Assembly (NCBI GenBank): GCA_027451365.1
Contig: DAIDJN010000054.1
Coordinates: 1-64,000 of the forward strand
DNA: 64,000 bases
Reading direction: 5' to 3'
DNA from: Phycisphaerales bacterium
GTDB lineage: Bacteria; Planctomycetota; Phycisphaerae; WQYP01
The notes below the pieces were generated by a model, which was given only the letters and a program-made list of their open reading frames with translations, did no database searches and was not told the DNA's origin. The translations under genes were made by a program, and so were the position numbers. Positions 40,895 to 51,551 of the stretch are shown one piece after another (positions within the stretch are counted from its first letter, which is position 1; every line of letters begins with the position of its first letter).

Positions 40895-42655
40895 TTACTT
40901 TATAAAAAATGCGACGTGTGCCGCCGCCTTAATGGCATCGTGCAATCGCCGCGATTCGTGCGTATAGGACAGTTTGAAGAAACTAATTCCCCCATTGGCA
41001 AGCAACGTCAGGTCATGGCGTCCCGGCTTCAAGCCTGATAGTGTCAGCGTATACGCCCGTGCGGCTGGGTTAATATCGGCGGCCATTTTCCGACCATCCA
41101 GCAGCACTGTAAAACTTTGCGGTGCCTTACCGATGCACGCCCAGCGGACGTTTACCGTTTGTCCGGTCAGCAGCGCATTGCGATGCGGCGCACCGATTGC
41201 AACAACCGTGGTTCGTGGCACCTTTTGATGGTACAGGTTGATGCACGCGCGCGTCAGATTCAGATAATAAAATCCCCAGCCGCCGCAGCCGCGGTAAGCG
41301 CATGCGGTCAGCGAGGTTGGTTCAATATCATTGTTGAGATGCGTATTGTAGCAATCGACATAATGATTATGCTCATGTCCGTAGCCTTGATCAATCGGTT
41401 GGCCGGCAAATTCATTCCATTGGCAGATGTTTAGGAATCGCGGACGATAACGCAGTGCGGAATTAAATTCATGGATATATGTTAATCCATTGTCTCTCGC
41501 CCGTGCCGACCGAGCCAGCCAGCCACCGTTGGCGAAATAAGCCGGCGTTATGGTCAAATCTTCGCATTGGCCGTGATGATACACCGGAATCGGATGAATG
41601 GAACCATCCATCCAGGACCAGTAGCCGGCGCGCCCGATTTGTGGCGTATTCTGCAATTGTGATGCCATCCAGCGCACGGTGAAATGACGCGTATTGATCG
41701 GAGGTTCACCAGATGCCAGTTTGCCCGCTAAAAACGCCGGACCAACTCCATTGAATATGATAATCAGCGGCTTTTTGTGATCGTGAAGCCACAATCCAGT
41801 GAATTTGGGATTCTGAATATAATTCCGGAAAATCCACGCCATCTCTCCGTTAACGGCTCGCGTGGTTGTAGGCGGACCATTGATAAGCCCCAGCAGCAGC
41901 GTCACCTGAGGAGTGGCAAGGCCGTGCCGTCGCATTTGCGCGTAGGTTTTTAACAACGCCGTGGTTGCGGATATCAATTGCCTGGCGGTTGACGGGCATT
42001 GTCGGAAACGGGTTTTGCCCCAAAGATTGTTGGACCAGTCAATGACAATATAGTTAATTCCCATCCGGTCCAGCCACAGCGCATGTTGTCGGATAACTAC
42101 GCGATTGAAAGAAGAATATTTTCCCAGCAGCGGAACAGCTTCCGCGGTGTTCCAGGTCATATTTAGCGGCGTGAACCACGGTTCATAATCTATTCCCACC
42201 AGATGCCGCCGATGCACAGGCATGATAACTTTTCTCGCCTTCACCGCTACCAAAACGGTATTGGAAGTCAGCGCGCCAAAGGGCTTCGGCCGCCCCACCG
42301 GAAAAATTGCCTTGGCCGGCCTGCTTGCCGCCACCGTTATGCGGGCCGTTCCCGTCGTCGGCAGTGGAATGATAAACGTCGTATCACCGGACCGGTTGGT
42401 TTCGCCGGCGGCGCCCCATTGCTTTCCGTTGACGTATGGCCATAGTTTAACCTTAGCGATATGGACGCCGGAATCAGATCTTAAGCGCGTGACCGTGGCC
42501 CTGATATCGACCGTTCCGCCTTCAGATATAACGGTGCGGTCCGCAACAATGTGCAGGAGCACTGCCCGCGCAACGCTGCAAACGTTCATCATCAGGGCAC
42601 CGGTAATGATAAATAATCTGACGCTTAAGAGGGGCCGCAAAGGTATTGAGAACAT
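40895..42655 (-). CDS. secreted glycoside hydrolase-like protein (GH99/GH71-like barrel with Ig-like domains)
   Basis: Signal peptide; YEPWF, PLLGKYSS, QHALWL..MGI, DWSN, QWNEF, DIEP motifs. Confidence 0.6.
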   Translation of the reverse strand: MFSIPLRPLLSVRLFIITGALMMNVCSVARAVLLHIVADRTVISEGGTVDIRATVTRLRSDSGVHIAKVKLWPYVNGKQWGAAGETNRSGDTTFIIPLPTTGTARITVAASRPAKAIFPVGRPKPFGALTSNTVLVAVKARKVIMPVHRRHLVGIDYEPWFTPLNMTWNTAEAVPLLGKYSSFNRVVIRQHALWLDRMGINYIVIDWSNNLWGKTRFRQCPSTARQLISATTALLKTYAQMRRHGLATPQVTLLLGLINGPPTTTRAVNGEMAWIFRNYIQNPKFTGLWLHDHKKPLIIIFNGVGPAFLAGKLASGEPPINTRHFTVRWMASQLQNTPQIGRAGYWSWMDGSIHPIPVYHHGQCEDLTITPAYFANGGWLARSARARDNGLTYIHEFNSALRYRPRFLNICQWNEFAGQPIDQGYGHEHNHYVDCYNTHLNNDIEPTSLTACAYRGCGGWGFYYLNLTRACINLYHQKVPRTTVVAIGAPHRNALLTGQTVNVRWACIGKAPQSFTVLLDGRKMAADINPAARAYTLTLSGLKPGRHDLTLLANGGISFFKLSYTHESRRLHDAIKAAAHVAFFIK

Positions 42656-42821
42656 CTTGATTTTCCTTACCGGATTAAACCACGGTACAACTCAATGCAA
42701 CAGCACGGAGCCATCGCATGTTGTCCAAATCGGCACGACCCAAACGTATTTAGCCTGAAGCGAGCACCGTCATTCCATACGTTCGGTTGTTGATATGGTT
42801 AACGCTTCGCGATTCCCTTTA

Positions 42822-44504
42822 TTACCCGTCTGGCCAATGCGGAGCATTGGGTTGCTCGGCAAAAAAGGTGTGAATGGCTTTGGCCAGATGACTGTCATTT
42901 AATGGGAACGTTTTGCCCACTCTATCGGCATGCCACCAGCCGGGAAATAGTGCATGGCAGCCATGAGCTACGAATTTTCTCAGATCACTTAACGCCGCAT
43001 GATAAAGCACTAGACTGTCCGGGGGTTGATTCGGAGCCGGATGCCACTCGAAAATTCCCCAGTTGTGGCTGTATTGGGCGATCATAGCGGGATTCAGACC
43101 GCCAAAACGAGTAATCCCGACATGCCCATTCTGCGGTAAATAGCCCGACCAGATGGTCGAAGCAGAAGACAAAGCCCGGCGGGCGCCGGCCGGCGCATCC
43201 CCCAGTAATTCCGCGGGAATCTGGTGGGCGTAAAGCAACTCCTTTGGTAAGCCCTGGGCAATAAGCAAACTGGCAACATCCTGAACAAAATGGGCCACTT
43301 CACATTCACGGAAACCATACGCCGGACGCGACGGATTGCCTGCCGGGAAGGCATTGTTGTCGCCCTGATATGTCCAATCCCATGCCTTCCACCATGGAGA
43401 ATGATTAATAATGCGCGGCGCGTCAAAACCGCCGGCGGTAAAACCCTTACCCGAATGTGGCATGGGATTAAAATTCGGATCAGTAATGGGGTCAGCAAAT
43501 GTGTCTATATCCCAATAGGCCAAGGTCCAGGTGTGAAAATGTGTACCAAATATGTCGTTAAATGATTTACCCCTTCCGCTGGCGTCATCGGGCGCTGGAT
43601 CATCATAAAAAGGGCTGACCCGGTGGCCATCAACTGAAATAAATGGTCCCGTGATTGACTCCGGTGCGCCCTGTCCGGCATAGCTGGCGCCGGGCGCATA
43701 AAGTCCGCGATGTCGCAGCCAGTCACGAAATTCCGCAATGGCAAATGGGCTGTAGTCGCCGAGATATTCGTTGCTGACCGCGCCGCCGATGGCCAATTCT
43801 TCCTCGATGGCAAAATTGATGATGGCAATAACTCCGGGATACGCCCGCATAGCCGTTTTAATTTCTTCCGCCCAGCGCGTGGCTTTGCGGCGCATTTCCC
43901 CTCGAATTGCCAAAGCGTAACGGGAAGGCGTTACAACAAGTGTGTCTCTTCCCTGAGCGGGGCCGGGCATTCCGCGCCACGTTTTTCCATTCAGCCGCCA
44001 TTGATAATTCCGCAGATCGCCGTCGGGATTAGTTAATCCCCCGTCATGGGTTTGCATGGCAAAAATCACACCACGATGAATGTTATTTTCGTGAAACACC
44101 TTGAGCTGTCGCAAAAGCATCGGCAGATTTCCCGCAGCATAGATGGATGCGAATCCCAATTTGTTGTAATTATTGCCGGGACCGAATTGCTTTTTCATTT
44201 TCGCAATCTGCTCGCGATACTGGTCGTCCGTTGTGCTCTGGCGATCAAGCCCGCTTTCCCATATTGGCATGATGTAAAAGGAATTGCTGTGATCCGATTT
44301 TGGCAGGGCATTGGCGGAGCCAGTCGCATTATTTGTCGAAGCCATAATCGCGGTTACCGAATCGGCAGCAGCCCCAGAGCCAAAAGTATTGTTTATCCCG
44401 GCCACGGAGGTAAGTATCACTCCGGCCGAAGCCGCCAGGAGCTGGCGACGCGTCATATCTTGAGCGCCGGTGGTGCCTTGCGTGTTCTTCGTTTCATTCG
44501 CCAT
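42822..44504 (-). CDS. Tat-exported hypothetical protein, glycoside hydrolase-like
   Basis: TRRQLL twin-arginine signal; DYSPFAIAEFRDWL, AHQIP, WGIFEWHP (GH-A-like barrel, inferred). Confidence 0.6.
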   Translation of the reverse strand: MANETKNTQGTTGAQDMTRRQLLAASAGVILTSVAGINNTFGSGAAADSVTAIMASTNNATGSANALPKSDHSNSFYIMPIWESGLDRQSTTDDQYREQIAKMKKQFGPGNNYNKLGFASIYAAGNLPMLLRQLKVFHENNIHRGVIFAMQTHDGGLTNPDGDLRNYQWRLNGKTWRGMPGPAQGRDTLVVTPSRYALAIRGEMRRKATRWAEEIKTAMRAYPGVIAIINFAIEEELAIGGAVSNEYLGDYSPFAIAEFRDWLRHRGLYAPGASYAGQGAPESITGPFISVDGHRVSPFYDDPAPDDASGRGKSFNDIFGTHFHTWTLAYWDIDTFADPITDPNFNPMPHSGKGFTAGGFDAPRIINHSPWWKAWDWTYQGDNNAFPAGNPSRPAYGFRECEVAHFVQDVASLLIAQGLPKELLYAHQIPAELLGDAPAGARRALSSASTIWSGYLPQNGHVGITRFGGLNPAMIAQYSHNWGIFEWHPAPNQPPDSLVLYHAALSDLRKFVAHGCHALFPGWWHADRVGKTFPLNDSHLAKAIHTFFAEQPNAPHWPDG

Positions 44505-44581
44505 AAATCGCCACCTTTCTTTTTGAGTATTTGCGGGCCATGACCAACGCTGCAACCAGCAGGGACAACAATGTGATCAAA

Positions 44582-45208
44582 TCAGGTGGAATATTCATCA
44601 CCGCTGGAAACAATTTTGTAACGACCGGGTTTATGCAGAACAAAGCTGCAACGATTTTCTGGCATATGGTGCACGATGATGGTCTTCCCTTTCAGGGTCA
44701 CGCCGGTACCCGGAACTGCCATGGTCGCCTGCACCGCTTTGGGCAACGTGACGGTCAAGATTTCATGATCCGAAATCTTTCTTACCTTTACCACAAAGGC
44801 TCCAGGCGGCGTGTCCGGCGCGCCAATAAGTGCGGGCGCCCAATCTACAAAATTCCAGTTTGCCTTGAGTTTATTGACAAAGATATGATGCTTATTAAAT
44901 CCCGATTTCATGTAGCGTAACATGGATAACAGGAGTGGATGCTGCGATTGAATATATGTGAGAGCGCCGGTGTGCTGATTACCGACGGTAGAGGCCCATA
45001 GCCAGGCTGGTGGCTTGCCTGGCACATGGAGCGGTGCCTTTGGCAGCGGCAGACCGAAGGTTGAACCAACAGTGGGCGGATTCGCTGGCATATCGGGGGT
45101 TGCAGATACGAAAGCCCTGAGGCTGCCCTGGGTTATCAATATCCAGGTCAAAGCAAAAACCGGCATTCGAAGAATATGGATTCGGAAATTCTGTTTGTGA
45201 CAGATCAT
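44582..45208 (-). pseudogene. collapsed alpha-L-rhamnosidase (GH78)-like relic
   Basis: Signal peptide plus WLW N-terminus, then TG...Y......L...L.YM....WNFVDWAP (mid catalytic barrel), then TP.G...V......LTVTLP (C-terminal domain), all in ~208 aa. Confidence 0.5.
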
Positions 45209-45796
45209 GATGATTATCCGCAACGTGAATACCAGGATGAAACAATACCGCCTGATCGGAAAAGCGTGTTTTACCTGCCAAGACCCGCGACGGTACAAGG
45301 TTCAGACAAATACACCGACCAATTGACCTGCCATATCCGCTTATATCGCGCCGGAGTTATTCCGGATAGGGCCAAGGTGCAAGCGCGGCAAAACGCCTGT
45401 TGGAATCAATCACCGCGTTCTTATGTCTGTTCGCGATTCACACCATCGTGGTCGTCGTGTTGTGCCGGTACAACTCCCCTTTTGGCGGTCGGTGGCATCT
45501 GCGGCGAAACCTTGAAATCAGCGGTCTGTTCCGGTTGCCTGGGCGGATTTTGCCCTTCCGCACGTCATTCACCCAACGCCCGGCCGGCGCCATTTGCTGG
45601 CCGGTGACGCTGTGGGCTGGCCCGGGCCGCGCTGCGGCGGGCGGAAGGGCCAAGGGTTGCGGCTTGCGGACAATGCGGCGTCGCTTTTATTTATCACCCC
45701 CCCGCCGTTACAATAGCCACCAGTCGGTTTGGCTCCGTGGCGGAAAAGCGGTGATGCGACAATGACGGGTATGGTGAATCATTTACATATATCATT

Positions 45797-46810
45797 GTGT
45801 GTTTATATTCGGTATCACGCGGAGTGCCAATAACCATCGGGAGCCAGCTTAAATCAACTTCTTTGGATGTGGCGCGCATCGGGCTGGACAAAGCCGGGCG
45901 GGCGGCGGCATTCCTGCGCGCTTCGGGCGGCGGCGTCATGGATCTGATCGCCCATTTCTGGGACCGATTGCCCCAAACGCCCCCACTGGCGCGGAATGAT
46001 CTGCATTTGCTTGTCGCCTGGCGCCCGACGGATGGTTCAAGCCCCCCCGGCGGGCCGGAAATTGATTTTTCAACTGTCTCTGGTGCCATGCTGTATGTCC
46101 CCAAAGCACATCGGGCTGATGTGCTGGCATTGAATACCGAGGCGGCCGAAGCGTTCAGCATGTACCTGTCCGGATGGGAACGACTTTTCAGGGCCAAAGA
46201 AGGCAGAACAGAGGGAGCCGCAGGTGGCAACGCAGACAAATTACCAGATTACTATATTCCAATAAACTATATCGCAGGCGAGGCCACGGGCGTGGAAGCC
46301 ATGCTGCCCCATCTATTGGCTTTGGTGAACAAGAAGGCCCCTGCCCGCAAAACCGTGAACGTGGTGATGCAGTTTCCTGCGGAAAACGCAGTTCAGCGAA
46401 GCGAACGGGTGCGGCAGGCAAAGAATGGTGATGAGGTCGCCCTGAACCGTTGGCGCAAGTTGTACAACCAGGAGCGGGGAATTTTGTTTGATGCCGATGT
46501 GGACGCCTGGATCGGTTCGGGAAACGTTTTTGTGTATGAACTGGACAAGCAGGTGGTCGGCGCGGCAAAATTTGATCTGACTCTACCGAATATGGTTGAA
46601 ATCGGCGGAGTATTCACCTTTCCAGATTTTCGAAAACGTGGCATTGGTGCGGAACTGGTGCGCGACCTGGTGGCGCGGATTCGCGCGATGGGAAAGTCGC
46701 CTTCGCTTCAGGTAGATGTCACCAATGCAGCCGCGCTTTCGCTTTATCAGAAGGCAGGTTGGAAAATCGCCGGCAGCATGGCGAGGGTTTGGCTGAGTGA
46801 AGCACGATAG
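45797..46810 (+). CDS. GNAT family N-acetyltransferase
   Basis: C-terminal IGGVFTFPDFRKRGIG, N.AA..LY.K.G; true start probably downstream of 45797. Confidence 0.82.
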   Translation: MCLYSVSRGVPITIGSQLKSTSLDVARIGLDKAGRAAAFLRASGGGVMDLIAHFWDRLPQTPPLARNDLHLLVAWRPTDGSSPPGGPEIDFSTVSGAMLYVPKAHRADVLALNTEAAEAFSMYLSGWERLFRAKEGRTEGAAGGNADKLPDYYIPINYIAGEATGVEAMLPHLLALVNKKAPARKTVNVVMQFPAENAVQRSERVRQAKNGDEVALNRWRKLYNQERGILFDADVDAWIGSGNVFVYELDKQVVGAAKFDLTLPNMVEIGGVFTFPDFRKRGIGAELVRDLVARIRAMGKSPSLQVDVTNAAALSLYQKAGWKIAGSMARVWLSEAR

Positions 46811-46871
46811 GCAAATTATCCAATCTCAATTGAAAAGATTCGTAATAATGTAACAATATTCTTATTACGGA

Positions 46872-46887
46872 TGTTCCACGTGGAACA
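46872..46887. promoter_or_regulatory. parS centromere site 1
   Basis: Perfect palindrome TGTTCCACGTGGAACA. Confidence 0.95.
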
Positions 46888-47303
46888 TATGCGGGCGTTC
46901 ATTTAAATTTGGTTAATCGGCGGCGAACATTGGCTTTGATAATCAATTGACAGCTAGCTGCGGATAGCGTACCACTTAATTAAGCCAGCAAAGATATATC
47001 GCCGATTGATTATTCATCGACATTCGTTGATCACCGCGCGGTCAACGATTTTGCGTTCAATTGTGGCGCAGGACAATTATTAAAGGGGGCGGTCAGCCAA
47101 AATAAATCTATCTAAGGGAGCAGAACTTCCCTTAGCTATCGCCGGCCGCCCAATGGCCGAAGGCTTGCCATGCATCAAATTCTGCTATTAGATATATGCC
47201 TATGCAACTTGTGATTTGACAAATAGACACATCATTGTTTTATGGCCCCCCTACCAAATTTTTCAACGCACCCGCTTGACCCGACTTCAATAATCAACGA
47301 CAA

Positions 47304-47319
47304 TGTTCCACGTGGAACA
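47304..47319. promoter_or_regulatory. parS centromere site 2
   Basis: Perfect palindrome TGTTCCACGTGGAACA, ~80 bp upstream of parB. Confidence 0.95.
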
Positions 47320-47397
47320 TACGCATGTGCATTTCCACGACGCCGATAAATTTGGCTTAATTGCAAATGAATTAAATGGCTCAAGGAGGTGCCTTTC

Positions 47398-48366
47398 ATG
47401 TCTGGAAACAATAAACCACGCCTTGGCCGCGGGCTGAACGCTTTGCTTAACAATCGGCCAGCAGCCAAACATCCCCCCATCTCGCACGATTCATCCATTA
47501 TGACTGTGGATGAAGTACTGGCCGGGCCATCAAACGCCACCGCCCCCCTAGCGACTATTTTACCTGGAGTCCGGGTGCAAGAAATCGCACTTGAACTGAT
47601 TGATGCAAGTCCAGATCAACCCCGCACTTCCATGGACCCTGCCGCGCTGCGCGACTTGGCCAATTCAATTCAAACCCATGGCGTTTTACAACCGGTGTTA
47701 CTTAAGCCCGTCGGCAGCCGATATCAATTGCTCGCTGGCCATCGGCGAACAGAAGCCGCGAAAATAGCTGGCCGCAATACAATTCCGGCTTTGGTACGGA
47801 CGGATTCAACCAGCGAATCTCAAATTGAATGGGCACTAATTGAAAATATTCAACGTCAAGACCTAAACGCCATTGAACGCGCCAAGGCCTATCGCGTTTA
47901 CGTAGATCGGTTTGAATTTACCCATCAACAGGCGGCTCAGCGTCTTGGGGAAGACCGTGCTACAATATCTAACTACCTAAGAATACTTGACTTACAGCCA
48001 GAAACGCAGCAGCTTGTGGCGGGGGGGTTGTTGTCCGCGGGGCACGCCAAAGTGCTGGCTGGAATCGAAGATGCCGCCTGGCAGGTGAAACTAGCCAATT
48101 TGGCCGCCACCGATGGCCTGAGCGTTCGCAAACTTGAACAGCTTGCCCAGACCGGTTCGCCGGAATCGGTGACTGTCATTGCCGGTGAAGCAGGGGGGAA
48201 AAAAGTTAAAAGCCCGCACATTGTTGAAATGGAACAGGAACTGTCGCGCAAGCTGGGCACCAAGTTGCGCATCACGCCGGCCCGCCGCAAGGGCGCGGGC
48301 AAAATCATCATTCAGTATTTTTCCCTGGATGACTTTGACCGCATCGCGGAAAAATTATCGTGTTGA
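47398..48366 (+). CDS. parB: chromosome partitioning protein ParB/Spo0J
   Basis: LGRGLNALL ParA-interacting peptide, QPR, GVLQP, AGHRR, ENIQRQDL, HTH with RATISNYLR; AAGGAGG SD. Confidence 0.95.
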   Translation: MSGNNKPRLGRGLNALLNNRPAAKHPPISHDSSIMTVDEVLAGPSNATAPLATILPGVRVQEIALELIDASPDQPRTSMDPAALRDLANSIQTHGVLQPVLLKPVGSRYQLLAGHRRTEAAKIAGRNTIPALVRTDSTSESQIEWALIENIQRQDLNAIERAKAYRVYVDRFEFTHQQAAQRLGEDRATISNYLRILDLQPETQQLVAGGLLSAGHAKVLAGIEDAAWQVKLANLAATDGLSVRKLEQLAQTGSPESVTVIAGEAGGKKVKSPHIVEMEQELSRKLGTKLRITPARRKGAGKIIIQYFSLDDFDRIAEKLSC

Positions 48367-48367
48367 T

Positions 48368-49372
48368 ATGACTACATATAAAGATAAATATGAAAACAGC
48401 GGTGGGGGGCCTGAAGTGCCTCCGCGCGCCGAAGCCCCCGCGCCCCCGGCCATGACACCCGAACCGCCGGAATCCCCCCAACCCCGGAACCCGGAAGCCG
48501 CGGCCGTAACCCGCACCGTCATGGACTGGCTGCGGTCGGAATACCCAAATGCCAAAAAAGGCACACTGCGCAAATTAATAGAAAATCATGCCGTGATGCT
48601 CAACGGCCGCGCAGTCCGGTCTCTTAAGCAACCGCTGGCACCGGCGGACAGGCCCACCGTGGGCGGCAGCAACCGTCGCGAGCCGCCTTTCCGCGGCGGT
48701 CTGAAAATTATATATCAGGATGCGGATATCCTGATTATCCGCAAACCCGCCGGACTGCTGACTTCCACCACGGAAGACGAACCGCGACCGACCGTGCTGG
48801 CACTTCTGCAGGAACGCATCGCCCGCAAGAATCAGAAAATGTCTGTTCATCTGGTGCACAGGCTGGACCGCGACGCTTCAGGTCTGCTGGTGCTGGCCCG
48901 CGGCATCCGCCCGCTGGCCAATCTTAAAATGCAATTCCGCCGCCACACCATCACGCGCGAATATGAACTGGTTGTGCACGGTGTCCCTCAGCCCGCCAAG
49001 GGGCGACTGGAACATCGGCTGCTGGAAACTCCCGCCGCGCGCATGATCGTTTGCGGCCCTGACGAAGGAAAGCCCGCGATTCTGGATTACGAGGTTCTGC
49101 AATCACATGGTGGCCGATCCCTCATCCGGTGTCGCCTGTTCACCGGGCGCAAACATCAGATCCGCGCGCAGTTTGCCGCCATCGGCAACCGCCTTGTGGG
49201 CGATCCGGTGTACGGCACGCCGGCGGGCCGCAAGGGGGGTGAAGGGCGTCTGGCCCTGCACGCCGTGCGGCTGGAACTTAATCACCCGCGGAGTGGAAAG
49301 TCTGTGAATTTTACCAGCCCACTGCCGGATGCGATTGTCGCCCAGCTTAAGGGCGCCGGTCGCCCCGGCTGA
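48368..49372 (+). CDS. RluA-family pseudouridine synthase
   Basis: S4-like region, KPAGL, HRLDRDASG, TGRKHQIR, GDPVYG, LHA. Confidence 0.92.
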   Translation: MTTYKDKYENSGGGPEVPPRAEAPAPPAMTPEPPESPQPRNPEAAAVTRTVMDWLRSEYPNAKKGTLRKLIENHAVMLNGRAVRSLKQPLAPADRPTVGGSNRREPPFRGGLKIIYQDADILIIRKPAGLLTSTTEDEPRPTVLALLQERIARKNQKMSVHLVHRLDRDASGLLVLARGIRPLANLKMQFRRHTITREYELVVHGVPQPAKGRLEHRLLETPAARMIVCGPDEGKPAILDYEVLQSHGGRSLIRCRLFTGRKHQIRAQFAAIGNRLVGDPVYGTPAGRKGGEGRLALHAVRLELNHPRSGKSVNFTSPLPDAIVAQLKGAGRPG

Positions 49373-49510
49373 GCGGGAGAGTGCGGGTGCCCTGTCCTTT
49401 ATAGTTTCGGTGCTGCTTGGTTTTGTAAGGCACGGTCGAGAATGCTTCCGGGCGCTTTGCGTCGGAGCCATATTGCTGACCCATTGGCGACGCCCGTGGT
49501 GCCATGCGGC

Positions 49511-50200
49511 TTATTTCTGCAGGGATGCGGACATGGACGCCACGATATTGAACGCCCGTTCTACATCAAATCCGGAAAAATCGGCTGCCCGCAGTACAGG
49601 TCTCAATTGCGGTTCAACCTGCTGCCGCAGCGTGGCCAGTCGCATAGCGGAAATGTTGACTGGATCATTTCCTGGTATGGCCAGTTTTTGCCGCACAAGT
49701 CCAATCGTATCCGGAGTTTCGGGCTTTATCCCAAGCTTTTGTACCGCGTAATCAAGGTCGAAAAAATCGCGCACGGCCACTTGTCGCCGTGCCAGCGCGG
49801 CCCGAAATTTCTCTGCGAACGCCTCCAGCCGTGAAATGCGGTTGATGGCCACCGGGGCAATCAGTGAATTGATCGAAATCGGATCTCGCAGGATCGTTCG
49901 CACGGAGCCGTTGACGGTGTCAAGAAGCAGCGGCTCGCGCAAGGCTACTTCAAGTTTGATGGTATCGCTTTGCGATTCCACCAACGGCGTATATCCGATC
50001 TGGCAGATAAAGACCCCTGCGCGCCCGCGTCATCAGGCCGCCCCTCGCCAGACGGCTCAGGAGTTTGCGTTCATGCTCCGGTTGCATGCGCAGTACCGAC
50101 GTGGTCAGGTCTCCAGTGCGCAGTGTCCGCAGTTTGCGCATCTGGATATTCGCAAAAAACTGAGTTTCAAGTGGCCCAAGGTGTCGCTTCGTAGCCGTAT
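49511..50200 (-). pseudogene. decayed AbiEi/AbiEii type IV toxin-antitoxin module fused by deletion
   Basis: AbiEi N-terminus (LG/LETQFFA..QMRK....TGDL....ERKLLSRLAR.G...R.RRGLYL, frameshifted) joined near 50000 to the AbiEii C-terminus (TIKLEVALREP, EAFAEKFRAAL.RR....RDFFD). Confidence 0.72.
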
Positions 50201-50411
50201 TATATTATCAGGTAAATACCATGGAAAAGCATTATCAATAAATACCATACGGGCTTGAAATCCGCTCGAAAGGGGCAGGGAGCGGGCGTTTAAATGTTGA
50301 AGTTCCATGACCTGTCCCATTGCTCTAAAGAATCTTTCAATCATTATTTCAGTGGTCAAATATGTCCAAACCCATCCATCAACCGTCGTGTGGATGACGT
50401 GATCGGGGTCT

Positions 50412-51551
50412 TTAACCGCCGCGCTTTCCGGCAATTGTTGCCAGATTCTGCGCTGCGGCCTGCGCCCATTGGGGGTCTTTGGCCGCGGCTTGAAAGCTTT
50501 GCCGCGCCGCGTCCATTTTGCCCAGATGGACATAACAGATGCCCAGGTCCAGCAGTGTCTGGCCGCCAAGAATGCCGCTTTCAAATGAGGGTATTGGTTG
50601 CCAGTTTCCGTCCGCGGCCAACCGCAGAATATTTTCCAAAGTCCCGGCCGCTTCGGCCAGGCGCCCCTGCTTAAATTGCCAGTTGGCCCGGCGCCACAAC
50701 AATGGCGGCCAGCGCGGAAACCAGCGGGCCGCGATCTGATGTAAATGTTCCAATGGCAGGCCTGAATCAAATTCGCCGCGGCTTTGCCGCACCAGAATCG
50801 AATCCAGCAGCGGCCCGACCATCGGCTCGGCAGGGGGGGTGGCTTGTCGCACCTGCCCAAGCACCTGCTCCCAGGCCTGTAAAAGATAGGTTCCGCTACG
50901 GGAGTCACCCATTTTCAGGAGCGCCTGTGAAAGTCGTATCTGATAAAACAGTTGTCCGGGCCGATCAGCCAGTTCCATTTCCATCAGTCGAATGTTGCGC
51001 CGCAGTTTGTCCGACTCGTCGGCGGTATTGTAACCATCATGAAAGATTCGTATGTTCGCCCGTCTGATTTCCAAGCCCAGTCGGGCTGCGGTTGCCTCCA
51101 GCGGCGGCACAAAATGCTCATGCACCCGGCCGGTCAGCCGAATATCTGGTCCGGCACGAAAAATTCGCGGCAGGGGGGTTGGACTGAATTTTGGAATGCC
51201 CTCCGGGCCGGAAACGTCGGTTATATCGCACAACCATGACAGCACGTTCGAGTTGCCCAGGCAATGGGCCAATGCCGCCGACGAACCGCTATCCAACCAT
51301 TCGTCAGCATCCAGCCAGAAAATCCAATCCCCGGAAGCCCTGCCGAAGGTGGCATTGCGTGCCGCGGAAAAATCCTCCCGCCAGGGATATTCAAAACTCT
51401 TCAATAGCGGCACAGGCTTGATGTATTGCAGAAAATCGAGGCCCGCGGTGGCGGCTATAACGATTTCATCGGCAATTCCGGAAACCGACGCCAATGCCCG
51501 CGGCAGTTGTCCCGTCTTCTGCCCCACTATCATGCAAACCGATAACCGCAT
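50412..51551 (-). CDS. glycosyltransferase family 2 with TPR repeats
   Basis: LSVCMIV, DFSAARN, WLDADE, GRVHE, HDGY, RNIRL; TPR-like C-terminus. Confidence 0.85.
   Translation of the reverse strand: MRLSVCMIVGQKTGQLPRALASVSGIADEIVIAATAGLDFLQYIKPVPLLKSFEYPWREDFSAARNATFGRASGDWIFWLDADEWLDSGSSAALAHCLGNSNVLSWLCDITDVSGPEGIPKFSPTPLPRIFRAGPDIRLTGRVHEHFVPPLEATAARLGLEIRRANIRIFHDGYNTADESDKLRRNIRLMEMELADRPGQLFYQIRLSQALLKMGDSRSGTYLLQAWEQVLGQVRQATPPAEPMVGPLLDSILVRQSRGEFDSGLPLEHLHQIAARWFPRWPPLLWRRANWQFKQGRLAEAAGTLENILRLAADGNWQPIPSFESGILGGQTLLDLGICYVHLGKMDAARQSFQAAAKDPQWAQAAAQNLATIAGKRGG

Noticed and set aside
46811..47397. Possible oriC in the AT-rich parS region
   Set aside because: No canonical TTWTNCACA DnaA boxes were found by eye and dnaA is not in the window.
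50200..50411. Open frame between the GT2 gene and the AbiE relic (part of ORF 50105..50908)
   Set aside because: It may be a gene fragment, but no recognisable motif supports a call.
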